From IMG/VR virus record IMGVR_UViG_2574180019_000004, positions 1 through 39,225 of that record: a stretch of DNA of 39,225 nt. One strand, given 5' to 3'. The notes under the pieces were generated by a model. It was not told where the DNA came from and searched no databases. It saw nothing but the letters and a program-made list of their open reading frames with translations. The first letter of the stretch is position 1; each line of letters opens with the position of its first letter. Positions 17,699-27,504 of the stretch are shown here, piece after piece. The position numbers and the translations under genes were made by a program. Origin of the DNA: a virus (taxonomy: Duplodnaviria; Heunggongvirae; Uroviricota; Caudoviricetes).

Positions 17699-17991
17699 CA
17701 GATTACGAAGACGATCAACTGAAAGAAGAAAACGCCCGTAAGCAACGTGACATGGTGCAGCGTGAAATTGATGACATTCGCTTTGTCATGAGCAGTGAAC
17801 AGGGGCGTCGCGTTGTCTGGTCGGTGCTGGAGAAAGGCCGTGTGTTTTCCGCTATCTCACCGATGGACGCTATGGCAATGGCATTTAATGAGGGGCAACG
17901 CAATCTGGCGCTGGAACTGTTTCAGCGCGTTATGGCGCATTGCCCTGAGCAGTATTTGAAGATGGCCAAAGAGGCCAGTGAACAGGAGTGA
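17695..17991 (+). CDS. Hypothetical head-module protein
   Basis: 98-aa ORF, ATGA overlap with portal stop. Confidence 0.55.
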   Translation: MTDYEDDQLKEENARKQRDMVQREIDDIRFVMSSEQGRRVVWSVLEKGRVFSAISPMDAMAMAFNEGQRNLALELFQRVMAHCPEQYLKMAKEASEQE

Positions 17992-17993
17992 TC

Positions 17994-18689
17994 ATGAATT
18001 TATTTGAGCGTTTGCTGTATCGCCGTCTTTGCAATGAGCAACCAGTCGATGGTGGAGCAGCTCCGGCTGCGTCAGAACCGTCAGCGCCTGCAGGTGATAA
18101 CCCTGCTCCAGTTGGTGATCCATCACAACAGGAAGGTGATAAGCCACAACCTGTTGCTGATGGCGATAAACCTGCTGATGACAAAAAGCCTGAAAACGAT
18201 AAGCAGGATGAAAAAAAGGACGGCGATAAACCAGAGGGTGCGCCTGAGAAGTACGAGTTTCAGGCTGCCGAAGGCGTAGAACTGGATACAGAAGCGTTGA
18301 AGGAATTCGAGCCGGTGGCGCGAGAACTTAACCTGACCAACGAGCAAGCGCAAAAGCTGGTTGATGCTTATCCGAAGATTCTGGCAGGTGTTCAGCAGCG
18401 CCAGGCAGAAGCCTGGCAGAAAACAACCGAGCAGTGGGCTGCGGATGTAAAAGCTGACAAAGAAATCGGTGGCGACAAGTTGATTTCTAACCTTAGCGCC
18501 GCACAGCGTGCGCTTGACCAGTTCGGGACACCTGAACTCAAAGAATATCTGAACACCACCGGGCTGGGTAATCACCCTGATCTGGTCAAAACGTTCGTGA
18601 AAATCGGAAAGGCGATGTCTGAAGATGGCATGGTCACCGGTGGTAATGAAGGCCAGCGTAGTGCGGCCGAAGTGCTCTATGGCAAATAA
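17994..18689 (+). CDS. Scaffolding protein (acidic, low complexity)
   Basis: Highly acidic P/A/D/K-rich N-terminal half and helical C-terminal half; between portal and capsid genes; ATG 17994 after AGGAG. Confidence 0.65.
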   Translation: MNLFERLLYRRLCNEQPVDGGAAPAASEPSAPAGDNPAPVGDPSQQEGDKPQPVADGDKPADDKKPENDKQDEKKDGDKPEGAPEKYEFQAAEGVELDTEALKEFEPVARELNLTNEQAQKLVDAYPKILAGVQQRQAEAWQKTTEQWAADVKADKEIGGDKLISNLSAAQRALDQFGTPELKEYLNTTGLGNHPDLVKTFVKIGKAMSEDGMVTGGNEGQRSAAEVLYGK

Positions 18690-18703
18690 GAGAGGAAATG
18701 ACA

Positions 18704-19690
18704 ATGGCTGTTAAAGGCTTAACTGCGCTAACGCTGGCTGACTGGGGTAAGCGCGTCGATCCAAACGGGAAAGTCGATAAGATTATCGAGCTTCTCGGTC
18801 AAACTAACCCGATCCTTCAGGATATGCCTTTTGTCGAAGGGAACCTTCCTACCGGACACCGAACCACCATTCGTTCTGGTTTACCTTCAGCTACCTGGCG
18901 TTTGCTGAACTATGGCGTACAGCCAAGCAAATCAACCACAGTGCAGGTAACCGATTCCGTTGGCATGCTGGAAACCTATGCTGAAGTCGATAAGTCACTG
19001 GCTGATCTGAACGGTAATACCGCCGAATTCCGCCTGTCTGAAGACCGCGCATTTATTGAAGCGATGAATCAGCAGATGGCGCAGACACTGTTTTATGGTG
19101 ATTCCAGCGTTAACCCTCAGCAGTTTATGGGACTGTCCTCCCGCTATTCCAGCCTGTCTGCGGGTAATGCTCAGAACATCATTGATGCTGGTGGCACGGG
19201 TACAGATAACACCTCAATCTGGTTAGTGGTGTGGGGCGAAAACACCGTGCATGGCATCTTCCCGAAAGGGCAGAAGGCTGGCATCCAGATGGAAGATAAA
19301 GGCCAGGTGACACTGGAAGATGCGAATGGCGGCAAGTACGAAGGCTACCGTACCCATTACAAATGGGACAACGGACTTGCTCTGCGTGACTGGCGTTATG
19401 TTGTTCGCATTGCAAACATCGATGTCAGCAATCTTTCAGAACCTTCCTCTGCCGCAAATATTGCGAAGTTGATGGTTAAAGCACTGCATCGCATTCCAAA
19501 TCGTGGCATGGGTCGCCCGGTGTTCTACATGAACCGCACTGTAGGCCAGGCTCTTGATCTGCAATCTCTGGAGAAAACATCTCTGGCGATCAGCGTAAAA
19601 GAGACAGAAGGCGAGTGGTGGACTTCATTCCGTGGTGTACCAATCCGTGAAACTGATGCGCTTCTGGAAACAGAAGCCCGCGTGGTGTAA
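18704..19690 (+). CDS. Major capsid protein
   Basis: 329 aa following scaffold gene with strong RBS GAGGAA; size and position typical; followed downstream by a terminator as after T7 gene 10. Confidence 0.7.
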   Translation: MAVKGLTALTLADWGKRVDPNGKVDKIIELLGQTNPILQDMPFVEGNLPTGHRTTIRSGLPSATWRLLNYGVQPSKSTTVQVTDSVGMLETYAEVDKSLADLNGNTAEFRLSEDRAFIEAMNQQMAQTLFYGDSSVNPQQFMGLSSRYSSLSAGNAQNIIDAGGTGTDNTSIWLVVWGENTVHGIFPKGQKAGIQMEDKGQVTLEDANGGKYEGYRTHYKWDNGLALRDWRYVVRIANIDVSNLSEPSSAANIAKLMVKALHRIPNRGMGRPVFYMNRTVGQALDLQSLEKTSLAISVKETEGEWWTSFRGVPIRETDALLETEARVV

Positions 19691-19741
19691 CGCCTGTTAT
19701 TAACCTGTGGGTCGTAACAGACCCACTAATGGAGAAAGAAG

Positions 19742-20179
19742 ATGATCACCGACAAACTGTTGATGTTCTCCGAAGCTCAGGCGGTTACGAATACCGCGGC
19801 TTCTACTGACGTAATCGATCTCGGTCCAATTGATGGAAACCGTCGCGATATCGGTGTGGGTTACCCGCTTGAGTTTTGGGTGCTGGTTAACGAATCCGCC
19901 ACGGCAAGTGGTGAGGCAACTGTAAACATCCAGTTGCAGACGAGTGAGAATAACAGCTCATGGACCACTATTTATGATAGTGGCGCACTGGCAAAGACCG
20001 CCCTGGCAGCAGGTAAACGAGTTGTTTCTGCAAAGGTGCCTGCCGGTGTTCAGCGATATCTGCGTGTTAACTACTCCGTCGCAACTGGCCCACTAACGGC
20101 CGGCAAATTCACTGCGGGTATCAGTCTGGATGTTGATGCCAATACGCCGTACCCGATCCGCTCAAAAGTAACTGGTTAA
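19742..20179 (+). CDS. Hypothetical virion protein (possible capsid decoration)
   Basis: 145-aa ORF with RBS GGAGAAAG; position after capsid gene. Confidence 0.5.
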   Translation: MITDKLLMFSEAQAVTNTAASTDVIDLGPIDGNRRDIGVGYPLEFWVLVNESATASGEATVNIQLQTSENNSSWTTIYDSGALAKTALAAGKRVVSAKVPAGVQRYLRVNYSVATGPLTAGKFTAGISLDVDANTPYPIRSKVTG

Positions 20180-20189
20180 GGTGATATCG

Positions 20190-20525
20190 ATGTCAGGTGA
20201 GAAACCAAGATACCGCGTTCTGCGCCTCTCTCATATCCATAACACTCTGTGGCCGGAGGGGGCAGAAATCGAATACGAAGGTGAGCCTGGTAGCGCACTG
20301 GAACCTGTGAACGATGCAGCCAGACAGGCAAAAGCAAAAGTTGCAGGAAAGGTGTCAATGGCAGCAACCAGCACCAAAATCATCAACGATGTGTCAGATG
20401 ATGGTGAACTGGATAAGCTCCGTGAAGAGTACGAATTGCTCTTTAACGAGAAGCCACACCATAACGCCAAAGCCGAAACGCTCCGCGAGAAGATCGCAGA
20501 TAAGCGTAAAGAACTGGGCGTGTAA
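20190..20525 (+). CDS. Hypothetical protein
   Basis: ATG 20190 after AGGTGA; 112 aa. Confidence 0.5.
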   Translation: MSGEKPRYRVLRLSHIHNTLWPEGAEIEYEGEPGSALEPVNDAARQAKAKVAGKVSMAATSTKIINDVSDDGELDKLREEYELLFNEKPHHNAKAETLREKIADKRKELGV

Positions 20526-20541
20526 GCCTCGCGGATCAGAC

Positions 20542-20563
20542 AAGGGGCTTCGGCCCCTTTATT
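20542..20563 (+). terminator. Rho-independent terminator within structural region
   Basis: aggggc-ttcg-gcccc followed by tttatt. Confidence 0.65.
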
Positions 20564-20575
20564 GCAGGAGTGTAT

Positions 20576-20899
20576 ATGGAACTCGTAAACCTCAAAACCG
20601 GCACTGACAGCTACCAGGATGAGAGCGGAGAAACCAGAACTCGCGATGAATACCCGTGGGGGCTGTGCATCACTCTTAATAACGACACATTGAATAAGCT
20701 GAAGGCGCAACCTCAGGGCGTCGGAACAGAAGTGATGATAACTGCAAAGGCTGTTATTCGAGGCCTGTCTGCCAGAGAAACTGACGATGGTGTTAATCGC
20801 AGCGCCGATCTGCAGATCACTGATATGGCGATCGCTCCTGTTTCCGGGGATGTAGAAAAATCAGCGGCTGAAACCCTGTACGGCAATGGGGGTGAGTAA
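20576..20899 (+). CDS. Hypothetical virion protein
   Basis: ATG after AGGAG; 107 aa. Confidence 0.5.
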   Translation: MELVNLKTGTDSYQDESGETRTRDEYPWGLCITLNNDTLNKLKAQPQGVGTEVMITAKAVIRGLSARETDDGVNRSADLQITDMAIAPVSGDVEKSAAETLYGNGGE

Positions 20900-21504
20900 T
20901 GGCCTCTGTAGTAGAGATCTGCAATCGTGCGCTGTCCAATATTGGCAATAGCCGCAGCATTAACAGCCTGACGGAAGCCAGCAAGGAAGCGGGGGAATGT
21001 TCGCTGCACTTTGAGGCCTGCCGTGATGCTGTGCTTTCTGATTTTGACTGGAACTTTGCTACCAAACGCGTGGCGCTTGCAGATACGAGCAATCCACCGC
21101 CTGACTGGGAATATGCGTATCAGTACCCGTCCGATTGTCTGCGCATTAGTGAAATTATGCTTCCTGGTGTACGCAATCCAACAGCAGCAATGCGCGTTCA
21201 GTACGAAGTTGGTGCAGACACCAACGGAACAGGAAAGTTGATCTACACAGACCAGCCTCAGGCATGGCTCAAGTATGTCTCTCGCGTTTCAGATGTGAAC
21301 ATGTTTGATGCCATTTTTATGGAGGCGTTGGCCTGGCGTCTTGCGGCAGCTATTAACATGGCGCTGACTGGGAATGCGGATCTCGGTACATTTGCTCTCA
21401 ATATGTACAATCGCGTGATTCTTAGTGCTGGTTCGCATAGCCAGAATGAATCACAGGAACCACAGCCACCGGTTGACGAGTTTACCATTGCGAGGTTGTC
21501 CTGA
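20899..21504 (+). CDS. Tail tubular protein A-like (T7 gp11-like adaptor)
   Basis: 201 aa; N-terminal ICNRALSNIGNSRSINSL pattern resembles remembered T7 gp11 N-terminus; precedes gp12-like gene. Confidence 0.6.
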   Translation: MASVVEICNRALSNIGNSRSINSLTEASKEAGECSLHFEACRDAVLSDFDWNFATKRVALADTSNPPPDWEYAYQYPSDCLRISEIMLPGVRNPTAAMRVQYEVGADTNGTGKLIYTDQPQAWLKYVSRVSDVNMFDAIFMEALAWRLAAAINMALTGNADLGTFALNMYNRVILSAGSHSQNESQEPQPPVDEFTIARLS

Positions 21505-23975
21505 TGGCTATCAGTTGGATCCAGCCCAGCTTTGCCGGTGGTGAGATTGGACCATCGTTGTATGGTCGTATCGACATGGCGAAGTACCAGGTGGCATTGC
21601 GCAAGTGCGATAACTTTATCGTGCGGCAGTATGGCGGCGTTGAGAATCGACCTGGTACGCGTTTTGTTGGTGCCGCCAAATACCCAAATCGGAAATGCCG
21701 CCTGATCCCGTTCCAGTTCTCGACGGTTCAGACCTATGCTCTGGAGTTCGGACACCAGTACATGCGCGTTATCAAAGATGGTGCGTTGGTGCTGAACAGC
21801 AGCAATGTTATTTATGAAATTGCCACGCCATATACTGAAGCCGATCTGTTCAGAATTAAATTCACGCAAAGCGCAGACGTGCTTACGCTGGTTCATCCGG
21901 CATACCCGCCGAAAGAGTTGCGCCGCTATGCGCATGACAACTGGCAACTGGTTGATGTGGTAACGAAGAACGGGCCATTTGAAGATATCAATATTGACGA
22001 GTCAGTGACGGTTTATGCCAGCGCCAGCACCGGGACAATTACGTTAACGGCAAGCGCCTCTATTTTTGGCGCGGAGCAGGTAGGCAAATTGTTCTATCTG
22101 GAACAGCCAGCAGTGGATTCAGTACCGGTATGGGAAACCAGTAAGAGTACGTCGATTGGCGATATTCGCCGTGCAGACAGTAACTACTATCGCGCCGTTA
22201 CAGCAGGCAAAACAGGCACTTTGCGCCCTTCGCATACAGAAGGCACATCATGGGATGGCTGGGGCGGCTCCGGTGATGATGATACTGGCATTGAGTGGGA
22301 GTATCTGCACAGTGGTTTTGGCATTGCCCGTATAACTGCTGTAAATGGCACTACTGCAACTGCCGAGGTGATTTCCTATATCCCTTCGCAGGTCGTTGGC
22401 GAGGATAATGCCAGCTATAAATGGGCTAAATATGCCTGGAACAGTGTTAATGGTTATCCTGGCACTGTTGTTTATTATCAACAACGTCTTTACTTCGCCG
22501 CATCGACTGCGTTCCCTCAGACTATCTGGGCCAGCCGTACCGGGGATTATAAGGATTTTGGCAAAAGCAATCCTACGCAGGATGACGACAGAATTATCTA
22601 CACCTATGCCGGGCGTCAGGTTAATGAGATCCGCCACCTGATTGATGTCGGTTCGCTGGTGGCACTGACTTCCGGAGGTGAGTACGTCATCACCGGCGAC
22701 CAGAACAAAGTGTTAACCCCATCATCATTTGCATTCAGCTCTCAGGGATCAAATGGCTCAAGCAACGTCCCACCAATTGCTGTGGCGAATATTGCTCTGT
22801 TCGTCCAGGAGAAAGGCAGCGTTGTCCGTGATCTGGCCTACTCATTCGATGTTGACGGCTATCAGGGGAACGACCTGACCATCCTTGCTAATCATCTTTT
22901 TCAGAAGCACAGCATTGTTGACTGGTGCTTCTCTATTGTCCCTTACTCCAGCGCCTTCTGCATTCGTGATGACGGTAAATTACTGGTGATGACCTATTTG
23001 CGTGATCAACAGGTTTTTGCATGGGCACCACAGTCCAGTACCGGAAAATATGAAAGCACATGCAGTATCAGCGAAGGAAATGAAGATGCGGTGTATTTCG
23101 TCGTTAACCGAATCGTTAACGGGCAAACAGTGAGATACATCGAGAGACTGTCCAGCCGTTTATTTACCAGCGATGAAGATGCTTTCTTTGTTGATTCTGG
23201 CCTTAGCTATGATGGAAGAAATACGTCTGACAGAACGATGACCATCACTGGTGGTTCTGGTGAATGGGATTACAGCGCGGAATATACAATCAGTGTTTCT
23301 GGTGGTGCGTACTTCACCAGTAGTGATGTCGGTGCGCAACTACAGTTCCCTTATACCGTAACTGATCCTGGTACTGGCGATGAAGTGTCAAAAGAATTAC
23401 GTTGCGACATTATTTCTGTAACAAGCAATACCGCTGTAGTTGTTCGTGCCAACAGGAACGTCCCGCCATCCCTCAGGAATGCGGCCACCACGAACTGGCA
23501 GATGGCGCGCCGGACATTTGGCGGCTTGTCTCATCTTGAAGGCCAGACCGTAAACATCCTCTCTGATGCGAACGTGGAACCACAAAAAGTGGTTTCCGGA
23601 GGTGCCGTCACGCTGGAATCACCGGGGGCTGTTGTGCACATCGGCCTGCCAATAACTGCTGAATTCGAAACACTGGATATCAACATTAACGGACAGGAAA
23701 CGCTGCTGGACAAAAAACAGGCGATCCCGTCAGTTACTCTGGTTGTGAATGCCAGTCGCGGCATCTGGGCGACTACGCCCGGCGGTAAATGGTACGAATA
23801 TCCACAGCGTGAATTCGAGTTCTACGATGATCCTGTTGATGACGCTACCGGAAAAGTAGAAGTGAAACTGGACAGTAACTGGGGCAAAAACGGACGTGTA
23901 AGAATCCGTCAGCTTGACCCGTTGCCGCTGTCTGTTCTTGCCGTTATTCCTCGCCTTACTGTTGGGGGGTTCTGA
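21504..23975 (+). CDS. Tail tubular protein B-like (T7 gp12-like nozzle)
   Basis: 823 aa; N-terminus SFAGGEIGPSLYGRID resembles remembered T7 gp12 (NLKGGISQQPDILRYPD); size and position. Confidence 0.6.
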   Translation: MAISWIQPSFAGGEIGPSLYGRIDMAKYQVALRKCDNFIVRQYGGVENRPGTRFVGAAKYPNRKCRLIPFQFSTVQTYALEFGHQYMRVIKDGALVLNSSNVIYEIATPYTEADLFRIKFTQSADVLTLVHPAYPPKELRRYAHDNWQLVDVVTKNGPFEDINIDESVTVYASASTGTITLTASASIFGAEQVGKLFYLEQPAVDSVPVWETSKSTSIGDIRRADSNYYRAVTAGKTGTLRPSHTEGTSWDGWGGSGDDDTGIEWEYLHSGFGIARITAVNGTTATAEVISYIPSQVVGEDNASYKWAKYAWNSVNGYPGTVVYYQQRLYFAASTAFPQTIWASRTGDYKDFGKSNPTQDDDRIIYTYAGRQVNEIRHLIDVGSLVALTSGGEYVITGDQNKVLTPSSFAFSSQGSNGSSNVPPIAVANIALFVQEKGSVVRDLAYSFDVDGYQGNDLTILANHLFQKHSIVDWCFSIVPYSSAFCIRDDGKLLVMTYLRDQQVFAWAPQSSTGKYESTCSISEGNEDAVYFVVNRIVNGQTVRYIERLSSRLFTSDEDAFFVDSGLSYDGRNTSDRTMTITGGSGEWDYSAEYTISVSGGAYFTSSDVGAQLQFPYTVTDPGTGDEVSKELRCDIISVTSNTAVVVRANRNVPPSLRNAATTNWQMARRTFGGLSHLEGQTVNILSDANVEPQKVVSGGAVTLESPGAVVHIGLPITAEFETLDININGQETLLDKKQAIPSVTLVVNASRGIWATTPGGKWYEYPQREFEFYDDPVDDATGKVEVKLDSNWGKNGRVRIRQLDPLPLSVLAVIPRLTVGGF

Positions 23976-24439
23976 TGATCGATGTTCGAATTATTCCCGC
24001 CACCGAAGAGCATCTTCAGATGATTTTGCCGGATGTTCGTCAGGCTGATATTGACGAACTGTATGCGGTATCGCTGATGACTACCGAAGATGCGCTGCTT
24101 GTTGGTCTTCGCACTGCGACTATGGCCTGGTCAGGGTTCGCGAACGGAGAACTGGTAACCATGTTTGGTGTATCTCCGGCGTCAATGATCGGTGGCAATG
24201 GTACGCCCTGGCTGGTAGGAACCAGCCGTATTGAAAAATATCAGAAGACATTTCTGCGCCACTGCCGCCCTGTATTGCAGCAGATGCTGGCAGTTTATCC
24301 GCGCCTGGAAAACTACGTCGACGAGCGAAACCATGTTGCCAAAGCATGGCTGCACTGGCTTGGATTCAGGCTTGAAGAAGCCGCGCCTTATGGAGCTCTT
24401 GGTCTTTATTTCCACAGATTTCACATGGAGAGAAAATAA
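23975..24439 (+). CDS. Hypothetical virion protein (gp13 position)
   Basis: 154-aa ORF after RBS GGGGGG. Confidence 0.5.
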   Translation: MIDVRIIPATEEHLQMILPDVRQADIDELYAVSLMTTEDALLVGLRTATMAWSGFANGELVTMFGVSPASMIGGNGTPWLVGTSRIEKYQKTFLRHCRPVLQQMLAVYPRLENYVDERNHVAKAWLHWLGFRLEEAAPYGALGLYFHRFHMERK

Positions 24440-24978
24440 TGTGTAACCCAGCCATCGCTTTGGTTGCCGTCACAGTGGCATCCACAGCCGCGTCAATGTA
24501 CAGCCAGAGCAAGCAGGCAAAATACCAGTCAGCCATAGCTGATCGGAATGCTGAAATTGCTGAAGCTCAGGCACAGGATTCAATCAATCGTGGGAATATT
24601 GAAGCGGATCAGCGTCGTCGTGAAATGCGTCAACGCTCAGGCACTGCGGCGGCCACTATGGGGGCTACCGGTGCGGAATTAAGTAGCGGAACAGCTCTTG
24701 ACGTTTTTGCGGATAATGCTCAGTTCGGCACTCTTGATGCGTTAACGACAGTGAATAATGCTCAGCGTGAGGCATATGGGTATCAGGTTCAGGGAATGAA
24801 TGCTCAGGCACAGGGGGCTGCTGCTCAGTCGGCTGCTAAATCATCGATGACCAGCACTTTGTTAACGGCACCACTAAAAGCATACGGTGCATACCAGATG
24901 GGCGGAGGAACGTGGAGCCCATTCTCTCAGAAGGCTGCGCCGATTTCTGCTGCTGTTGGCACTCCAACCGGTCGATAA
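24439..24978 (+). CDS. Internal virion protein B-like (T7 gp14-like)
   Basis: Starts MCNPAIAL and ends PISAAVGTPTGR, resembling remembered T7 gp14 termini (MCWAAAI ... KGTKTGR); A/Q-rich. Confidence 0.65.
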   Translation: MCNPAIALVAVTVASTAASMYSQSKQAKYQSAIADRNAEIAEAQAQDSINRGNIEADQRRREMRQRSGTAAATMGATGAELSSGTALDVFADNAQFGTLDALTTVNNAQREAYGYQVQGMNAQAQGAAAQSAAKSSMTSTLLTAPLKAYGAYQMGGGTWSPFSQKAAPISAAVGTPTGR

Positions 24979-24990
24979 GGGGATAATAAG

Positions 24991-27504
24991 ATGCCAGTTG
25001 TACCAACAACATCGGGCCGTCAGGTTCAGAGCAGAGGGATTTCGACGCAGGGATTCTCATCGTTTCAGACACCAAATGTCGGTGATGTACTTGGCGATGT
25101 TGCAGAGCAATATGCAGGTATTATTGCGCAGGCAAAACAGCGTGCGAATGTTGCTATGGCTCAGGATGCTTCTCTTAGCTTAAGCCAGATAAGCAGCGAT
25201 CTGCTGAATAACCCTGAAACAGGTTTGCTTAACCTGAAAGGGAAAAATGCTATTGGAAAAGTTCAGGAGTATACGCAGCAGTTTGATGCCCAGGTCGAGC
25301 AACTGGCTATGTCGCTGCCGGATGAACAGGCTCGTAATGCTTTCATGCAGCAGGCGCAGCAGCAGCGCATTCAGTTCACTACGCAGGCCGGGCGGCACGA
25401 GATAGGGCAAATAAATGCCTACGAAGAAGGCCAGTTTCAGGCGACGCTGCTGAACAATGGTAAAAATGCCGCAGCATTGTATGGCGACAACGCCGCATAC
25501 GTATTGGCTAATAAGCAAACTTTCCAGCAAATTGAGGATTACGGCATTGCGCATGGCTGGAGCGACGAGCAAATCCAGGCCAAGAAAATCGAGTTTAAAG
25601 AGAAGGTTGCTGATGCAGCATTGTCCCAGTGGTCGGCAAACAATGCGACCGCATTCATCCAAAGTAATGGCGAGTTAAGTGATACTGCTGCTGGAGCTCG
25701 CCGTGCTGTAGCAGATAGTGACTCTTCCGAGCGTGCCCGTGGCATACGCAACAATAACCCAGGAAATCTCGAATACAGCAAAACCAATCCGTGGGTAGGC
25801 CAGACCGGTGATGATGGTCGATTTGCTAAATTCGAAACACCTGAACACGGGATTCGTGCATTAGGGCGGAACCTGATGTCGTATCAGAGGCAGGGTATTG
25901 ATACCGTCAGCGAGATAATTAATCGCTGGGCACCGCCTACTGATAAAAATGACACTATGTCGTATATCAAAGCAGTGTGCGAACAACTTGGCGTTTCTGC
26001 TGATGAGCCTCTCGATGCATCTAATCCTGATACCCTGAAGGCGCTTTGTGCAGCCATTATCCATCATGAGAACGGTAGCCAGCCATACAGTGATCAGCAG
26101 CTAACTGCTGGTGTCAGTGCAGCACTTGGTTTATCAACAATTCCAACCAACACCAAACGCTATACCGGTAATGCAGCATTCGATGCGGCATCTCCTGAGG
26201 CGCAGGCAAGTTTTATGCGACAGGCGGATCAACTGCGTCGGCAGCAGCAGGCTGAATATAAAACGATGATTGACAGCCAAGTTCGCGATGCGACAGCTGC
26301 GTATATGCGTGGCGTTGAGTTTCCTAACCCACCTGGTGAGGCTGATTTTATTGCAGCTTATGGAGTCAGAGAAGGAAACCTGCGATATACCGAGTTCAGA
26401 AATACGCAAATCGCCGGACAGTATATAGGCTCTTTCCGCAACATGCCGACAAGCAGCATTACAGCATATGTTGAGCAATTACGCCCGGATACTGGTGAGA
26501 CAGGGGAGGGTTATGCGGCACGAGCCGCTCTTTATGACAACGTTGTGTCGGCTGCAAGTCAGGTGATAAAGCAGAGACAGGCTGATCCTGTACAGTTCTC
26601 TCTTGCCGCCGGACAGGCAAAGCCTATCGACATGAGCAATAAGGATAACTTTGGACAGAGCGTTGCCTTGCGTGCTGCTCAGGTCAGTGACCTTGCTAAG
26701 TCATATGGCACTCCACTGACGTTCTTTTCCAAAGACGAGGCCAATCAGATCGGTGTTTTCTTTCGTGATGCGCCCGTTTCCCAACAGGCAGCATATCTCG
26801 ATACCATCAGGCAGAGCACTGGTGGTGGGCAGGTGTATATGTCAGCACTACAGCAGATCAGTGCCAACGCTCCATCTGCTGCCGTTGCCGGGATACTGAT
26901 GGATAAGCCAGGTGGTATTTTGGCAGAAAAAAACTGGTTTAATCCGGATGTTTCCGTGTCTCCAGAAACCGCTGCGCAGACAATTCTTGCTGGCGCGGCG
27001 GCTCGTAAAGGTACTGATGACGCGAAAGGTATTCCGATGCCTAAAGATGCTGATCTTCGCCTTGAGTTTTCTGACATGGTGAAGGATGCATTTGCTGGTG
27101 ATGCTCAGGGGGCATCAATGGCATACGAGATCGCAAAGGACTATTACGCTGGTGTGATGGCGAAAAAAGGCGTGGTATCAGGCGAAATTGACAATGATAT
27201 CTGGAAACAGGCTGTTAACGTAGCTACAGGTGGCGTGCATGACTATAACGGAATGGGGAATGTTCTTTTGCCGTGGGGAATGTCTGCAGAGCAATTCGAT
27301 AAGCAGGTTAATCAGGCTTGGAATGAACAAGTTGTTGGCACAGGGATAAAAACACCGCCTGGTCAGTATGGTTTGCAAAGTTACGGCGATAGTCAGTACC
27401 TGGTGAAACTTGGTACTGGTTATCTGCTGAAAGATGATGGTTCTCCTGTTGTTCTTGATCTGACACAGAAGCGTCAGAGATTCTCCGGAGATATTCCGCA
27501 ATGA
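24991..27504 (+). CDS. Internal virion/ejection protein with putative peptidoglycan-hydrolase-like segment
   Basis: 837 aa; segment IRNNNPGNLEYS...GIRALGRNLMSYQRQG...IINRWAP looks muramidase/transglycosylase-like (unverified); gp15/16 position. Confidence 0.55.
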   Translation: MPVVPTTSGRQVQSRGISTQGFSSFQTPNVGDVLGDVAEQYAGIIAQAKQRANVAMAQDASLSLSQISSDLLNNPETGLLNLKGKNAIGKVQEYTQQFDAQVEQLAMSLPDEQARNAFMQQAQQQRIQFTTQAGRHEIGQINAYEEGQFQATLLNNGKNAAALYGDNAAYVLANKQTFQQIEDYGIAHGWSDEQIQAKKIEFKEKVADAALSQWSANNATAFIQSNGELSDTAAGARRAVADSDSSERARGIRNNNPGNLEYSKTNPWVGQTGDDGRFAKFETPEHGIRALGRNLMSYQRQGIDTVSEIINRWAPPTDKNDTMSYIKAVCEQLGVSADEPLDASNPDTLKALCAAIIHHENGSQPYSDQQLTAGVSAALGLSTIPTNTKRYTGNAAFDAASPEAQASFMRQADQLRRQQQAEYKTMIDSQVRDATAAYMRGVEFPNPPGEADFIAAYGVREGNLRYTEFRNTQIAGQYIGSFRNMPTSSITAYVEQLRPDTGETGEGYAARAALYDNVVSAASQVIKQRQADPVQFSLAAGQAKPIDMSNKDNFGQSVALRAAQVSDLAKSYGTPLTFFSKDEANQIGVFFRDAPVSQQAAYLDTIRQSTGGGQVYMSALQQISANAPSAAVAGILMDKPGGILAEKNWFNPDVSVSPETAAQTILAGAAARKGTDDAKGIPMPKDADLRLEFSDMVKDAFAGDAQGASMAYEIAKDYYAGVMAKKGVVSGEIDNDIWKQAVNVATGGVHDYNGMGNVLLPWGMSAEQFDKQVNQAWNEQVVGTGIKTPPGQYGLQSYGDSQYLVKLGTGYLLKDDGSPVVLDLTQKRQRFSGDIPQ

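Noticed and set aside
17520-17700. Poly-glutamine/CAG-CAA repeat at the portal 3' end as a possible slippage or phase-variation tract
   Set aside because: Codons alternate (caa/cag) rather than forming a homopolymeric or pure tandem tract; consistent with a Q-rich flexible C-terminus as in T7-like portals
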